A stretch of DNA of 62,365 nt, the filler included, from Hausera hauseri (lineage: Eukaryota): the NCBI GenBank assembly GCA_046269625.1. It is 12 parts of 12 records of this genome, joined end to end, with 100 filler letters (N's around TTAATTAATTAA, not from the genome) between each part and the next. Parts side by side here need not be neighbours in the genome. Positions count along the whole stretch, not along the records: positions 55,453 to 62,365 come from JBJURY010052441.1; 11 more parts are not named here. The stretch is one strand, 5' to 3'. Under the pieces are notes generated by a model. The model did no database searches, was not told where the DNA came from, and saw only the letters and a program-made list of their open reading frames with translations. This document shows, piece after piece, positions 61,700 to 62,365 of the stretch; positions within the stretch are counted from its first letter, which is position 1; each line of letters opens with the position of its first letter. The position numbers and the translations under genes are program-made.

Positions 61700-62365
61700 C
61701 CTGGTTCAGCTTTCACAAACTTCGGCTGCAGTCTAACAACATTACTGATCGCTCAGAAAACGCTCATAGTTTACTTTGCCTATTACCAAACACAGTAAAG
61801 ACTTCTCTTCACGATATTTTAGATATTTTTCTACAATCTGACCTGTACACACATCTGTACAACGCAGTCTTAAAACTTGCCGAACCGTCTATGGATTCCA
61901 TAATCCATAGATTCTTTAATGATAACGCCATTGGAACACAAAAGCCTTCTGAGTTCCTTCGTACATCGTTGACTCACCTACAAACGCTAGGTGTAACTAG
62001 GCAGCATAATTCAGACTTTCTGCGAAGATATTTCTTAAACGCGTTACCTATGCAAATTAGAGCACTCCTTACCGTTGTCGAGGAATCTACGGTGTTGGAT
62101 AAATTAGCGGAATTGCCTAATAAAACACATGAAGTGCTACAATTGAATTCCCAACCAATTGTATCAGCAGCGGTCACAACAAGCGACAATCACATCCATA
62201 AAACAATAGAGCAACAGTCGAGCCAATTACGCACTGAAAATTTAGCACTACAACAGGCAATAAATAACATTAATAATAGGTTGAACGATCTTTCATTACC
62301 ACGACGAAGTGTTTTCATTTATAATCGTACTCGTTCTGTTTCCAGAAACAGGTCACCATTGCCTA
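61700..62365 (+). pseudogene. Second copy of the Gypsy gag at 55835-56490
   Basis: Colinear nucleotide similarity, e.g. CATAATTCAGAC..TCTGCG and AATAATAGGTTGAACGATCTTTCA. Runs off the window end. Confidence 0.85.

Noticed and set aside
1-62365. A single giant-virus or large DNA virus genome (PolB, TBP, dUTPase, ATPase, RING)
   Set aside because: The contigs are unlinked. The polymerases are protein-primed, multi-copy and pseudogenised, and they are mixed with transposons, a spliced host gene and fish-like DNA.

Overview
This is not one continuous locus. It is 12 contigs of about 4-7 kb joined by artificial 100-nt spacers (44 N + TTAATTAATTAA + 44 N), so adjacency across spacers carries no information. 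Most of the content is decayed viral and mobile DNA from an invertebrate animal genome, possibly a flatworm given the AP-1/2 beta gene with 41-42 bp introns; one contig looks like teleost DNA. (1) Polinton/adintovirus-like remnants: four pseudogenised protein-primed DNA polymerase B genes from two families, plus a contig carrying a packaging ATPase, a divergent TATA-binding-protein-like gene, a dUTPase, a DEDD-fold nuclease and a RING protein. (2) Three contigs from an unusual Ty3/Gypsy LTR retroelement lineage. Its chuvirus-G/gB-like fusion glycoprotein lies BETWEEN gag and protease, in the same reading frame as the protease. Its integrase runs in frame into a second signal-peptide/FN3-like/TM membrane protein, followed by an apparently inactive DEDDh exonuclease. 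The inferred composite order is LTR-PBS(tRNA-Met)-Gag-X-G-PR-RT-RH-IN-membrane protein-Exo-LTR, possibly one membrane-threading polyprotein. This is the best candidate for an undescribed system. (3) DNA transposons: mariner, a maT/DD37D element with 309-bp TIRs that include coding sequence, and an hATm-like element. (4) Other Gypsy gag-pro copies and a CCA-bearing tRNA-Leu 3' half that ends exactly at position 38. Family assignments come from reading motifs by eye; no searches were run.
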